Source of the DNA: Gonapodya sp. JEL0774
Taxonomy: Eukaryota
Reading direction: 5' to 3'
Length of the DNA: 64,000 nucleotides
Assembly (NCBI GenBank): GCA_027604505.1
Contig: JADIIX010000058.1
Location: 62,001 to 126,000, forward strand
The translations under genes were made by a program, and so were the position numbers. Positions 28,501-41,582 of this stretch are shown one piece after another. A model generated the notes under the pieces. That model had not been told where the DNA came from and made no database searches. It was given only the letters and a program-made list of their open reading frames with translations. Every line of letters begins with the position of its first letter. Position 1 is the first letter of the stretch.

Positions 28501-29474
28501 GGCAACTCTGGGTGGAAAGCGACGACGGACACATTCTGACCGTGACCTTCAAGTGTCTGTACGCAGGTTTTATTTTGGTAGTCCCAAACCTTCACAAGCC
28601 TGTTCGTGGTGCAATGTGAATGACGGAACTCTGCTGTCTTAGGGCGACACGTACCTGTCATCTGCGCCAGAAACCAGGTACGGTTTGTCACCTCCATGAT
28701 AGTAGTCCACACTGTTAACGCCTTTCTCGTGTCCCTCGAGTGTGTAATTAGGAGTGGAAGAGCCCAACGACCAAACCTTGAGGGTAGCACTGTGTAGACA
28801 CGGCATTGACGCGCTCTAGAGTAACTAAGTTGTCACCTTAATTGTCTTGTCCAGAGATGCACTTGCAAACGTGTTGGAGTCTTTGGGGTTAAACACGACC
28901 TGCATGACGTAATGAGTGTGTCCTTCAAACACAAGAACGTTCCTCCATGCTTTCTCCCAATCCCACAGCTTAATGGTCATGTCATCCGAGCTCGTGAGAA
29001 CAAAAGGTTGTGTCGGGTGCACAGCGATGGAGCGGATATAGTCGGAGTGAGCCTCAAAAGCAATGACCTTCTCGAGGGTGTTGTAATTGAAGACGCGGAG
29101 CTGCATATCATCCGAGCCCGTGACAACCCACGACTTCCGGGAAATGAATTTCGCTGCGCGTACGGGAAGGTCTGTCACCTCGAATGTTTTGACGAGGTTC
29201 TAAAGCCCAGGGTGGTGTGTTACGTCCACTCGAAATGAAATTTAGCGCAGGTCTACCATTACCTGATTGTCATAGTTCCATATATAGACGTTTCCATTGT
29301 ATAAACTCGCCAGCAGCCACGGTTCGGTGGGGTGAAAATCTACCGACTTGACTCGCTCTGAACGCGCGGTCAGTTTCCGCTTTATTTCCAGTCGAAGGGG
29401 CTTGAAACAAGTGAAGCAAGCGTCAAGCTTCCATGAAATCGGAGGATTTAATGAGTGAGAGATGTTCATACCAT
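25552..29474 (-). CDS. SEC27: Coatomer (COPI) beta' subunit, WD40
   Basis: [94 protein letters not shown] and [10 protein letters not shown]. Confidence 0.97.
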
Positions 29475-31147
29475 GTAAAGCTTGGGTGAAGTGGGTGAGG
29501 AGTTGGGAATGAGTTGGGTAGGATTTGGGCGCAGGGGCAATGGGGAGGTCAGGGATTGCAGACTACAGGCTGAGAACGCGCTCAGAGGAATGTTAATCTT
29601 CCAGAGGAACCATCAGAAATTCATTCTCCCAAGTGTCTTCTCGCACAGGCATGTCAGCTTCCTCGTGCCTCCAAGACGGTGGAGAACAACGTTCCATCGA
29701 TGCTAGCTGATGACTATCAGGAGCTGCAGTTTCTTCAAAAATGTGCAACATGTCCTTAGCCGTGCTTACCGACGCTGGATGAGTTTGTGATTGCCACCAA
29801 TAGTGAGAACCACCGCCTGGCTGCCACCCACCAAAAGTTGGTTGGTTATCACACCAATGGCACTTACCATGAATCGTAACTGTTGTGACCCTCAAGAAAC
29901 CTCACACGATGCATTTTTAGATTGTGTACATTCAGTTTGGAGCAGGTAGTACTAAAATTGGTGTCTGTCCGCCAGAGCTCCAGTATAGCATGCCTACGTA
30001 TGGTACGATATTCCAATGTAAGGAAAATTTCGCGGATAATGAGCTAGATCCACGAAAAACGCAGGTGGGACGTATCAGTGAAGTCCAAATCTGTTCACTA
30101 TGGTTCGAATGGCAAGCAAGAGAGACACACACCTCACACTATTGTTGATATCTACAAAGACGTACTCCCCAAGCACGTTCTTCAATCGGAGGAGTGAATC
30201 ATGTTGCCTCGTGATAATTGCGTCCCATATCACAACTTGATTGGTCGTCTATCGATCCATGTGGTGCATGTAGTCCCATTAAAGACTTCACTTTCGTATT
30301 AATGAATACCGAGTCATGATTCATCACTTACATGCGAATCCGTCTCATACTCCGCGACGATATATACAAACAGCTGCTTCGTGTTCCAATTCCACAACTG
30401 TCGAAGGTCTAAGCCCCAAAACTGTATATCGCGTTGCTGGAAATTCCTAATCGCGTTGACGACTCACCAGCAGAAAGGTCAAACCATATGTTGGCAATCT
30501 CCGAATGACTGGGATCATCGCCCCTCCTCCCATAGAACATCATACGAGCCACACGTCTGTAGAGAAACACAAGAGAATCAATCGCACAATCCCTCTGAAG
30601 GTGGACCTACATGGGTTTGTGACTGCCGAATCGCTCACGTTTCAGCATTGGCAATCCGCAAGACGTCTTGGCCCTCTTGAACAGGAAGGAGACCTTTTCC
30701 TCGGAGGAGGATTGGGCTCGTGAGTGCAACAGCAACCAGAAATCCTAAAGTAACCGTCACAAGGAAGGCAAGTACTGCATTTGCCCTTTGTGCAATTGAA
30801 TACATGACTGCTCAGGCTGTATTCCAGCAAACCCTCTTTTAAGTGCACACCCCAGCTCCTCCCCTCCTCCTCTCCGATTTAATTTACCTTCCACCACCTT
30901 GTTGCATTCATTTATGGAAGACGTGGGTATGAAATAGTTGTGCCAGAGCTGATGCTAACTGGTTTTTGCGAAAGAGTCTGACGACAAGGAATTCGCCACA
31001 CTACCATCACTTCCACTCTTTTATTCTCTATTTAGATAAATGAAGGGCAAGTTTGCTGGACCAGTTTGAATTTCCCTCCCCTTTCGTGTCCTTCTCAATG
31101 AAACGCTCCCCTTTATTCAGGTTTTGTGTGGCTCCCTTCATGACAAA

Positions 31148-34100
31148 TTACAATCGGGATTTGTTATCTGCTGCTTCCTTCTTCGCTGCAATCTGACCTT
31201 TCAGCTCTCTCTTCAGTACCTTGCCACTCTCAGTGGACGGAAGCGCATCTGTCCACAAATCAACAAACACGGGCACTTTGAATGGAGCGATGTGAGACCG
31301 ACAGTGCTTGATGATATCTTGCGCAGTTACTTTGCCGACAAAGGCTGGTTTCACGCGCACCACCGCTGCGACTTCCTCCCTGTGGGCACGGCCACGTATA
31401 TGGATAGGAATAATCAACACCCCAAACACAAAGAGCTCACCCTAATGTTCGGTGGGGAACGCCGATTACAGCTGCTTCCATGATAGCCTCGTGACTGTAA
31501 ATAGCGTTCTCGACCTGTTATTGTGGTTGTGTGAGGACAATCAGACAACATTCAGACAATCTCGCATCTCCCAACAGGCCATTCAAATCAACACACCTCT
31601 ATGCAATATATGTTCTCGCCACCACGTATCACCATATCCTTGGAGCGATCTTCTATGTAAAGGAAGCCTTCATCGTCTATGCGGCCAATGTCACCGGATT
31701 TGTACCAGCCATTGACCACACTGTTTGAGATCTGGTCACAAAATAATCTGCATTGATGCAGAGCAAAATACTCGTACCTCGCAGCAGTAGCTTCGGGGTT
31801 TCGCCAATACCCTTTGGTAACTGTGGGACTGCGTTTGCGAACCAGGATCATCAGAGCTCCATCCAACTTCCCTTCAACCACTTTCTAGCATACCTCCGAA
31901 TCCAGATTTCCCCGGGCCTGTTTCTCGGCAACTCCACTGACCCATCACCGTTCGTGATCTTGACCCCGACGCAGCGGAGAGGGATCCCAACACTAGCAGG
32001 ATTGCGCTCGTAATCTGGGTATGAGAGGCAAATGAGTTTGCCAACTGACATAGAGGAACTTGGTATGCGCACCGATTCCTGTGTTGCAACCTTGTGGAAA
32101 GTTCAATCGAGTTCTTTGACCTTATGCAGCAAGTCCACGAACATGCGAATGAATACTCACAGGCCAAGAAATTTTCCGTCGCTCCGTCTGTAATATTAAT
32201 ACCCCCGCCGCCGTCGAAGAGAAACACGGCCGAAATGGTTCGGGTCATCAGGAACGTGATCGAGAGTGCATTCTCTAGTCACTCACACCCATTCTGTGCT
32301 CCTGCGGTCCCGATCTTCTTTTTCAACCCTTTGAAAAGTTCCGGGCTCGCGTGAGATCCGCCGTTGTAAACTCCTTGAAGAGTCGTGAGGTCATACTTTT
32401 CGAAATCTGGGTGTTCGATGAGTTGCCAGCTCATCGTCGGAACTGAAAAACAAATGGAGCACATGGAGGCAGCGTGAACAAGACCAAACACGGATGTTCG
32501 GATACTCACCACCACCGAAGTAAGTGCATCGCTCCTGATGGATGATTTTGAGCGCAGCGAGAGCGTCCCACTTGTACATGATGACCACTTGCCGGGTCGA
32601 TGAAAGTGAATGTTAGGAAAGCACAGATGAAGGACCCACACGCAATCCACTCACATTTGCCACCACCCAAGGTCTGTCCAAACGACAAACCCGTTCCATT
32701 TCTGTCCCCACCAAGCCCGTTAAGTGTTTGCAACAGCCGCTCGACGGCTCAATCATCACAACTCACATATGGAAGAACGGGCAGCAGCATAGCGCTATCG
32801 ACTGTGGCGCGTTGGGGTCGGGCTCGGGGTACCCTTTCGCCAATCCTTGTCTCATCAAAGTCCGCACACCGAGAGCCATACCGTTGAATTGAGTGCTAGT
32901 CCATTGTCTGTGTGAGGAAAGAACACCTTGGGGGTAGGAGGGTGGGGGACAGGGGAACATAAGTATGTGAGGGAAAGGACAATAGCGTTCTTGTACCTTT
33001 CGGTCTCCCAGTCGTCCCAGAACTGTATATGATGGTCGCATCATCTTCCCAGCCCAAATTAACGGTGGGTAATTCCTTTGTTCCGGTCGAGAGTTCGCTT
33101 GCAACGACGCTTAAAAACAGGTCAGCTTGGTGAAGAGATTTGGTCGATCTGATCAAGACGATGTGGCGGAGTTCCCCCTTCTGGTGACGAGACGAAACGA
33201 GTTTGTGAAATCCATCCTGGACATGGTGGAAATTTTCACTCACCGCCTTAAGCTTTGGGAGGATGGGGGCGATGGTGGCGAGTCGCTCCGGATCCACAAC
33301 AAGAACACTGCATCCACAATGCTCAATGACATATTCGAGCTCAGACCTGTGGAAGAATTGAAGGTCAAGGTGGGCCGAGATATCTGAGGGTGGAATCATG
33401 TTTTCTTACGCACAAGATGAGCCAAGCGTTCAGGGGCACAAACACCGCGCCAGCACACCAGGTAGACCACATAATGGTCATGTACTCACTAGGGGTGGGG
33501 GTGAGGGGTTAAGTTAGCAAGTGCCTGAGAAACAGGACTGGCAGAGGGCCAGACTCACGGGTAGTTGCGAGCCAGAATCGCCACACGACTTTTGATGTCA
33601 CCACCAAGGGACATATTGAGTGCATTGGACTGCGTACACTGAGCACAAGCTGCAGTCACTCACTCGCCCTTCCGTACGTTGTACTTCCTGACAAGCGCAC
33701 TCGAAAAAGGCACGATCAAGTCTCGATGGGCCTCGGCATATGTCATACGAGATTCGCATTCAACCTTTTCGTTGTACGATACGAGAAACTGCCAGATGGG
33801 ACAAAACCAGACGGCTCCATGAGGGTGCTCCAGCATCCGTCTCAAAGAAGTGAACACGGACCTCGCGATCCGGAAATGTACTCATAAACTGCTCATAGAG
33901 ATGGCGGATGGAGGGGAGGGCATTTTTGAAAACTCTTGGAAAGGAAAGTCAGGTGATTGCAGGATACATATGTCGGAGCGTCGGGGCATCACTCACGGTT
34001 GCTTCACACCATGTACCACTCTTTCCTCTAGCTCACAAGGAGCACCGGGAGCAAATATAAGATCATGGCATTCCTCAATGGTGGGTACGCCATCTATGTG

Positions 34101-34230
34101 GAAGTGGAAAAGGAAAGGGTTGTAGTGCTGACGTGAACTCTTGGGCGGCCACCACCGATGAATTGGGGTGGATTCCGAATTGAGCGCCCGCAGCAAGCAA
34201 TAGCGTACCTTGGGAAGGTGATTGAGTCAT
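31148..34230 (-). CDS. AMP-dependent acyl-CoA synthetase (class I adenylate-forming), peroxisomal PTS1 -SRL
   Basis: A3 motif IYSSGTTGRPKG, CPFFH, GWYKSGDIGRIDDEGFLYIEDRSKDMVIRGGENIY, A10 motif LPSTESGKVLK, C-terminus NKSRL*. A TATAAG sits about 55 nt upstream of the proposed ATG. Confidence 0.93.
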
Positions 34231-34526
34231 TTAAAAGAATATCTGACTCGTTAATATGAGCGGTTGTGATGTTGCCGACCGCTTATATCCGGCACGTGGC
34301 CACAGAAGCCGATTTACCCACAGTTCGACCTCCCCCCAAAGACAACCGGCTGGCACCGACAAGAACACACCAAACATTGCACCCTTTGTGATCACCACTC
34401 ACACACCAAGCAACCGCCAAACCCACGACAGTACACAACGTATTCTCTCCCCCCCCCCCCCCCGCCCCTCCCTCTTTCACAACCGTTGTGACGACCTAAA
34501 AATTAACCACGCGCAACTCTCCCAGG

Positions 34527-37500
34527 ATGCCAATGCATCCCACATGCAGTCGATGCAATTGCTGGACAAAAGAACCAATTGAGCTCAAGGTCTTCAATTC
34601 CCGCTCTCTCCACCGTATGTGAAATCATGTAAAAGAGTGCTAAGATGTATTTCGACTTATCTCAATGGAATGCATCCATCATATTGCAGTTTTTAGCTGC
34701 CGGTGTGGTAGGGGTGCTGCCGCAGGCCACGGGCAGGATCACGAGAACCGCATGTCTGGTGGAAATTCCGCTGATTCGGATGTCGGACCACGCCAATCGA
34801 CGATTCTGCAATATTTTCGGCCCAGTGGTGGCGGGCGGGGACGAGGTCATGAGCGGTTTGAGGGGAGTGAATCGAGGGGAGCTCCCAAGAACATGCGCAA
34901 ACGGCTTGGGGAGAATAATCAGGATGTACGCGAGCCCAAAAAACTTGATACGGGAACTGCCTCTGCGAGCTCTAACGGCGGATCGATCTCATCGGGCTCG
35001 AGGTCTTCCGGATCAAACAGATCTGGTGACAGATTTTCGCAACCCAATGAACCACAGTCCAAGCAGATGTCTCAGTACTTTGCTTCGCCTAAGAGGCAGA
35101 AGGTTGAAACATCAGTCTTTTTCCCGAATTCAAATCCCACGCCCTCTCCCATGGTGGAGACTGTCGGTAGTGGGCAGCCCCAGTCTGAGATGCACGATCG
35201 ATCTCACACATCACAATCTCTCGCTGCCAATACCAACCTGTCCTCTAATTTGCTGATGGAAGTGGGGCACGTCGTGCTCTGCGATGTAAGCATCTGTGTT
35301 CCGGCGAGTGAACATTGGGGCCCACCTCGCAGCATTCAATTATGCGCGATGTGTGTATGAACTAGCCGAAGCTGTCCCACTGCGCGGTATCTACGTAAAC
35401 CCCTTTCTGAGCCACACAGCGGACGGTGTGATACTGAGCTAGGCACGATGTTTCATGAAGAATTCCGTGGACTCGGGTCACTTGATTGATAACGAACAGC
35501 GTTCTTCTTCGAAACCGCTGTGTTGGGCCAGCCACCTGCCACCATCTCATTACTGTCTTTACACTTTTCCGTCCCTTGAAGATTCCCCCGTCGTCTTCTC
35601 CTACCCTCCTTGACAACCTCCGTCGCCACCTTTCGACAGCCTCCCCATCGCCGGACCCGGTCCCCTACCTCTTCCCCAACGCGCCTACAGTCTCCCACTA
35701 CACCACCATAGACATTTGGCACCCCTCGGCGCTCCGCCTGCCCTTCTCGCGAGGCAACACCGATCGCCATCGCATGTGGAAGTGGCCCGGCATCATCGAC
35801 GGGTTGCGGGCGCCGCACGGGGGGTGGACGCCCAGAGACGTGGGAGAGGCTGTGCGGGCTGCCACGGGAAGGTCGTGGGATGTCCGGGGATTAGAAGCGG
35901 GATTGGAGGAGGCGGAGTTAGGGCTTTGGGGTGACGAGTGGCGAGGTTTAGCAGGCGATGTTGTGCCATGGGTTATCGGTTGTGCATTATCCGTCGCGGC
36001 CGTCTTTAGGGAAGGGGGCGTGATTGTGGGTGGGGCTGGGACCGGCGCGGGCGTTGAAGCCAGTAACCCCCCCGCTAATGGATCGGGTTCATGGAGCTCC
36101 GCGGGCGCTGGTGTTCGTCTTGGGGGCCCAGTCGTGAATCTCCAGTCAACTGCAAGTGCAGCCAAATCGATATCTACCACATCCACCAATGGCAACGTTT
36201 CTGGAGCGCCGTGGAAACGTGCTCGTATACCCATGCTCCGTTGTGGGCGTGACTGCGCTGTCACACTCAGTCAGGTACAGGTAGGAGATCTCGTCCTGCC
36301 ACAGATGAAAGCCGATAGGAAGAGTGTCCCCTTCACGCACTTTATCCTTCTCCCCCCCCCTTCTCAATTCTATCTTTCTCGCAGATCCTGTCACTCCTGT
36401 CTCTTTCCTTCCTTTCTCTCCATCCGCGCCGGAGCGACCTGGGTCCGGACTCCGAATACGCGTCGTTTCCCAGCGTCAACTTTAATGTGTTGTGGAGGAT
36501 GGAAGGAATGGAGATGACGGAGAAGGTTAAGTGCTTGTTGGCGTATTGGAAAGGGACGAGAAGGAATGGTAGTTACCTGTTTGGCGAAAGGGAACGTATT
36601 GTAATTGTTGCCACCTCCTCAACACCTTGGTGTTTCAAGTGCCACGCGGTACAGTTACATTCCATCGCCGATACCTACCCCCCGCGTCACTTCCCCGGTG
36701 GTCCTCCCTCTTCCACCTCGGTCTCGCCGACCTCGCGCTCGACGTACGCGTGCAGGGGGATATCTTTGGACCCGAGGGTGAAGAGAATGGGGCGTTGATG
36801 GTGGACTTCGCGAATAAAGATGTTGGCGGTGGCGTAATTGGCAAGGTGGGCAGGCGTTTGACTTGATCGGAGAAGTGTGCCAAAATGTATTTCAAACTTC
36901 TCTCAGGGCGCTGTGCAGGAGGAACTTTTGTTTTTGATGCACCCAGAGTTCATCGCTGCGAGATTATTCACAGAGCGATTGGAGGATACCGAGTGTCTCT
37001 TCGTCACAGGAGCTCAGCGGTGGTCCAGAATCGAAGGGTACGGGCGTGGTTTTCAGTTCAAAGAGGCGGTTAACGAAAGTGGAGCGAATAGGTAAATTGA
37101 AGGGTTGGGCTCTTGTGACGGATTCTGTTCACAAACTTGTTACATTGTCCTGTGTCACCCAGGGATTCTTTTTGTCGCATCGCGCGTGATGTTGTCGCCA
37201 TCGACGCTCTCCCATTCACGCCTTCGACCCGGTACCACCAATACACCACTGAGAACCTTATTCGTGAGCTTAATAAAGCCTACGTGGGATTCCTCCCCAC
37301 ACCCTTGCTTTCCCACGGCGCGGCGACCCTGACTGACTCGGATGGAGCCTCAAAGGAGGTATACCCGCCGGTCTCGACAGGCAATTGGGGCTGTGGCGTT
37401 TTTTGTGGTGACCCAGAGTGGAAATGGGCCATCCAATGCATGGCAGCTAGGGCGGCAGGAAGGAGTGGAGTGAGGTATTTCACTTTCGAAGACGAGAATT

Positions 37501-38097
37501 TGGCGGAGGGGATGGGAGAAGTGTGGGGAGAGGTTGTGAAGAGAAATTTGAGTGTGGGTGAGTTTTTGCTGGTCATGTTTTACCACTGCCTGCTCGTCGG
37601 ATTGACGATATAACTGAGGAAGTAATGCGCGATATGCAGGAACTCTCTATCACTGGCTCTGCAAGTACATGCAAGAGTGCATCCCCGTGAGTAGCAAAAC
37701 CGGCAGGCCACTTCCATCCGCGGAACCCCGTCGCTCTGTCTTTCGGTTCCTCCTCTCCCGCATGTACGCTCTTGATGTGGATGATGACAACATTGCGTCT
37801 AATCCCGAGTCCGCGAGTGCACGGCCAAGATCGGAATCAAATGTGGAGACTGAGACAATCGCAAGCGACAGCGACAGTGACGTGTCGAAAGAAGTAGAGG
37901 AGTTGCGGAAGGCGGATTTGGAGTTGGATACTGAAACGGGAGTTTTGCATACGGGCCGTGCAGCGATAATCTTGACCTTGGACAGTGAGGACGAAAGCAC
38001 TCAAGGACCCACGATGCCCTTCACAAATGATGTATCGATTTCAGAGGAGCAATTGGACGACACACAACCGCTGACTTTATCTTTGTCGGTGGAATGA
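34527..38097 (+). CDS. PARG: Poly(ADP-ribose) glycohydrolase, canonical eukaryotic type
   Basis: Catalytic signature VDFANKDVGGGVIGK|GAVQEELLF (GGG-x-QEE), VAIDAL, RELNKAYVGF and STGNWGCGVFCGD, with a long disordered N-terminal region. Confidence 0.93.
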
Positions 38098-38388
38098 ACT
38101 CCTCAGAAGCATTGCAATCAGGTTGCCTTGCAAGATATTTCCTCTTCTTCACTAAACTCAAAATCTATGGGAAAAGGCTGTCTAAAGCCTTGACGTACGT
38201 TTGTGAGAAGACGCGTTTTGCTCAAACTTGGAGAATATATATATACTGTGATTTCCAGTACTGGACTGGAGTGGTAGATAGATCGGATGTATGATGCATG
38301 TCTAGGTCGGTGTGAGAGCAAGACGTTGAGATATGCTCTGTTTCCATGAAGCTTTCGTTTGTCGGAATAAAGTTTTACCATATTAATG

Positions 38389-38396
38389 TATATAAA
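38389..38396 (+). promoter_or_regulatory. TATA-like element upstream of the 5S rRNA gene
   Basis: TATATAAA at about -28 to -21 relative to the 5S start. Confidence 0.5.
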
Positions 38397-38416
38397 TTTC
38401 ATTAGTCTTTCACTAC

Positions 38417-38535
38417 AACTACGGCCATATGCACGGAAAAGTGCCGCTTCCCGTCCGATCAGCGCAGCGAAGCCCGTGACAGCCCAGTCAGTACTAGCGT
38501 GAGAGATCAGCTGGGAATACTGGGTGCTGTAGTTT
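38417..38535 (+). rRNA. 5S rRNA: 5S ribosomal RNA (dispersed single copy)
   Basis: About 119 nt. The 5' AACTACGGC pairs with the 3' GCTGTAGTT (helix I, one G-U). It carries the conserved GGCCATA, CCCGTCCGATC, box A-like AGCGAAGC, AGTACTA and GGGAATAC, followed by a TTTT Pol III terminator. Confidence 0.95.
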
Positions 38536-38932
38536 TGCCTTTCGGGGAATTACTCGCGGCTTTTTGCACATCACAAATGTGACAAAATGCTTTTTGAGAG
38601 CTGCAATTGCGAATGCCCGGGGAGAGCGTTGTTCTCAAATGCCGCAATGCCACGTAGCTCTGTCCTTTGGACAGATTTGCTTTCTAGAGTTTTGTTCATT
38701 CCTAATCACAATAGACTGGTAAATATTAGTACGGATGAGTGTTATCACCTCAAACAATTTACTATCGTTAGAATTCCCAAGGGAGAAGTCCGGTACCCAT
38801 GAAACTGCGAAGAGAGAGCACAACCTCAAGTTTTCGGCTTTTCTCTTGTATTCGCCATGCGTTTCCTGATAATGTCATCCCCCTCTTCCCTACTTTCCTT
38901 CACCACATTACATATGTGCATAACATAAAACA

Positions 38933-40900
38933 TTAGGAGGAAGAAGGAACTTCAAGCATAACCGCTGTAGTTTCACTCCTTGTTTGCTTCAAAAAGGGTA
39001 CCACGGCAGATCCACCTTACATAAATGCAGTGACGTTGAAAACACCAATAATACCAGTGCAGACGACCGGCAAAAACACTCACCGGTACCTTTGGCCTCT
39101 TCTCCATTGTCCTGCAAGTTTGCGGCCTTTTTGGCCTGCAACACCACGTATTGCGTCGCGATTGACAAATGCTTTGAACGAAATGATGCAAGGTCCGCCA
39201 AGCATGCGTTGTAAATGTCCCCCATCACTTGCACCCCAGGCTGACTGGGCGATTCTTCCAACTTGCGTTTGAGCCAGGGTCGAATGCCCCCATGCCGCGC
39301 TAGGCTATTGAGGTACAGCCTGTGTGGTCCCTCCATGTAGTTCCTCGTCTCAGCGATAAAATTATGGTGCTTCCCTGATGGCGGAAGGGACCCCGAGGCC
39401 TGTGCGAGGTGGTGCACTCCCAAAAACAAATCCACCGCAGCCACGGAAGGGTTCTGCGCAGCTGATGCACCTGAAAAGCGGAAGCGGATACCGGGTTCTC
39501 CAGGTTCGGCCCGGTGCACCACAGGGGGACTTGGTTGGGTAGACGCGAGTCCAGTGGATTCCGCAAAGGCGTCAAAGGGCTCGAATGATTCGGTAAATGT
39601 CTGGACACCTCGGAATAAGAGACCTTGCGGAAACCGACCGGGGTCCGACCATCCACCGATGAAAGTGCGGACTTGGCCAAAGAAAACCTGCAGCATGGTG
39701 AGGTGTACAATCAACAGGTGGGAAAGTCCCAACTGCCTCGCACCAGGGGTACAAAGCGAATCTGCCTACCTCGGGTACACACCCTTTCCAGATTTCCTGA
39801 GTTGCTTGATTGATATCGTTGATCGCAGAGCGAACTTCTTTGAGACAATCTGCTACGACCGTGGGTGCGTCCTCGCCATCCTAAAACAATATTCAGAAGG
39901 GAATGCACAACTATGATGAATCTCTTGGCTGCAGAGGCGAAATAGAGGATCGATACCTCATGAGCAGCTTCGAGGGCACGAGTGATGTGATTATACACCG
40001 GGCCGGCTACAGATTCCGAGAGAATCGATACAGAGCCAAACAAACGCTCAGTTTGGGTAAGTGTGTGGCACAACTGGAGTTTCGGATAAGGAATCCTGAA
40101 TGGGAGACGCAGGAGAACCGCGACATAAACTGGGCCACATTCTGGACGCATCAAGAAACAAGAAAATTTTCCTCACCTTTTCTGCTCGTTCCACCACGGC
40201 CGATCCTCGTCAATTTTCCAGTTGAAGAATGCGAAGTTGGCAACAGCCATAACAGGACGAAGCCCAAGGCGTTCGGATAAAGCGGCATACGGAATCGCAA
40301 GTTGTTCGGGGATTTCTTGAAGAGGGCTTAAGCCAGGTGCACCAACAACGTATGTTTGAGTGATATGCGAGATGATTGTGTGGCCACTGAGCAGACACAG
40401 GAAAGGTCGCCAAACATGTCAAAAAGTGCCGGCCCGTGCAAGTGCTCTTTGCACTTACCGTTGAGCCTCCGCTAGTGTCGTCAATTTGGCGTGGTCGAGG
40501 AGTGGCATCTGATGAAAGAAATTTTCGAGGCTCGTTGGTGGAACTCGACCTGCTTCCCATATCTCCACATGCAAAACTTACAGAATCAACCGCCGCTCGA
40601 AAATCGGCAATTTTCGCTGCAGACAGAATCCCAGTGCTGTCTGGTGTATCAGCGAGTAAGGAAGCCAGAGAATCCCATTGGATGAAGTATTCAGGAAGGC
40701 GACTGAGTGGGACATCTTGGGGAACGCCAGCAGTCGCATCACCTATGAGTGACGAAAGAGGTGCAAAATCATGTGGTGGTGGGTCGGTCCCTTGATTGGA
40801 AGAGTTCGAACTCACTGATTTGAAAGTCGCGATGATTTGGGAATGGCCTTGCGCACTGGGCGAAAGGATGGGAAACTTGGGCAGCGGTGTCTGGTGCCAT
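38933..40900 (-). CDS. BNA2: Indoleamine 2,3-dioxygenase, multi-exon
   Basis: DFQI|S...PLSRLPEYFIQWD, VFFGQVRTFIGGW, FSGASAAQNP, RNYMEGPHR, proximal-His segment FRSKHLSIATQYV, and KGTG|GSAVVPFLKQTRSET. Confidence 0.9.
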
Positions 40901-41582
40901 GGGAGAAATAGTTTGCGAATGAGGATGTCAGTTAGTGTGTCATTGGGGGACAGCCGGGAGTGCGGCCCTTCTTTTCCTCCTTCACCCCGTATGGCAGATT
41001 CCACTTCAACGTGATTTACATAAAAGCAGGGAGGAAGAAAGAAGAATGAGGAGGGTAGGTCAAGATTTGTAGTGCATAGCGATGAAATGTCAGTCAAGCA
41101 GTGGAAAGACTGATGAAACTATGTCAGCAAAAGCGGTAGCGGGTTTCACAGAGTAGAACTCAGGTGCGGGTGCCAACTAACAATCGGGGACTGCGGGACA
41201 TGGAAGATTGATAAACTGGATGAAAAAGATAGAAGGCCAAATGACGAAGGAAACCGACAGACAGCGCGACAAAGACAAATCGCCTCAGCTCACTGGTTCT
41301 GCCCGCATGACAACGCGATTACATATGATGAATCTTCGCCTTCCCTCCCTTCACTCGCACTAAGTTCAATTAAAGTACAAGTTATCGATTACAGTCATTA
41401 ATTCGAGCTTAAAGTCTTGGTCATACTTATGCAGTTTATTATGTTGCGGCAGGGCGGTAGCATTGCGACGTCGGCTAAGCTCGCGCCGATATTTAAGCAC
41501 TGCTCTCCGAATCAGCGCGAAGAAGCAATGTCTGCCGCAGAGGCGAAAGGTTCGTGAGAGTTCATGTAACACCATCTCTTAA

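Noticed and set aside
30095..30115. GGTTCGAAT as a tRNA T-loop/B-box
   Set aside because: No T-stem or cloverleaf can be formed around it.
30193..30328. Short inverted repeat TGAATCATG/CATGATTCA as MITE ends
   Set aside because: Only 9 bp, with no clear target-site duplication and no second copy in the window.
34527..40900. PARG plus IDO as an NAD+ metabolic gene cluster
   Set aside because: Only two convergent genes, with no other kynurenine/NAD genes or PARP in the window; chance adjacency is sufficient.
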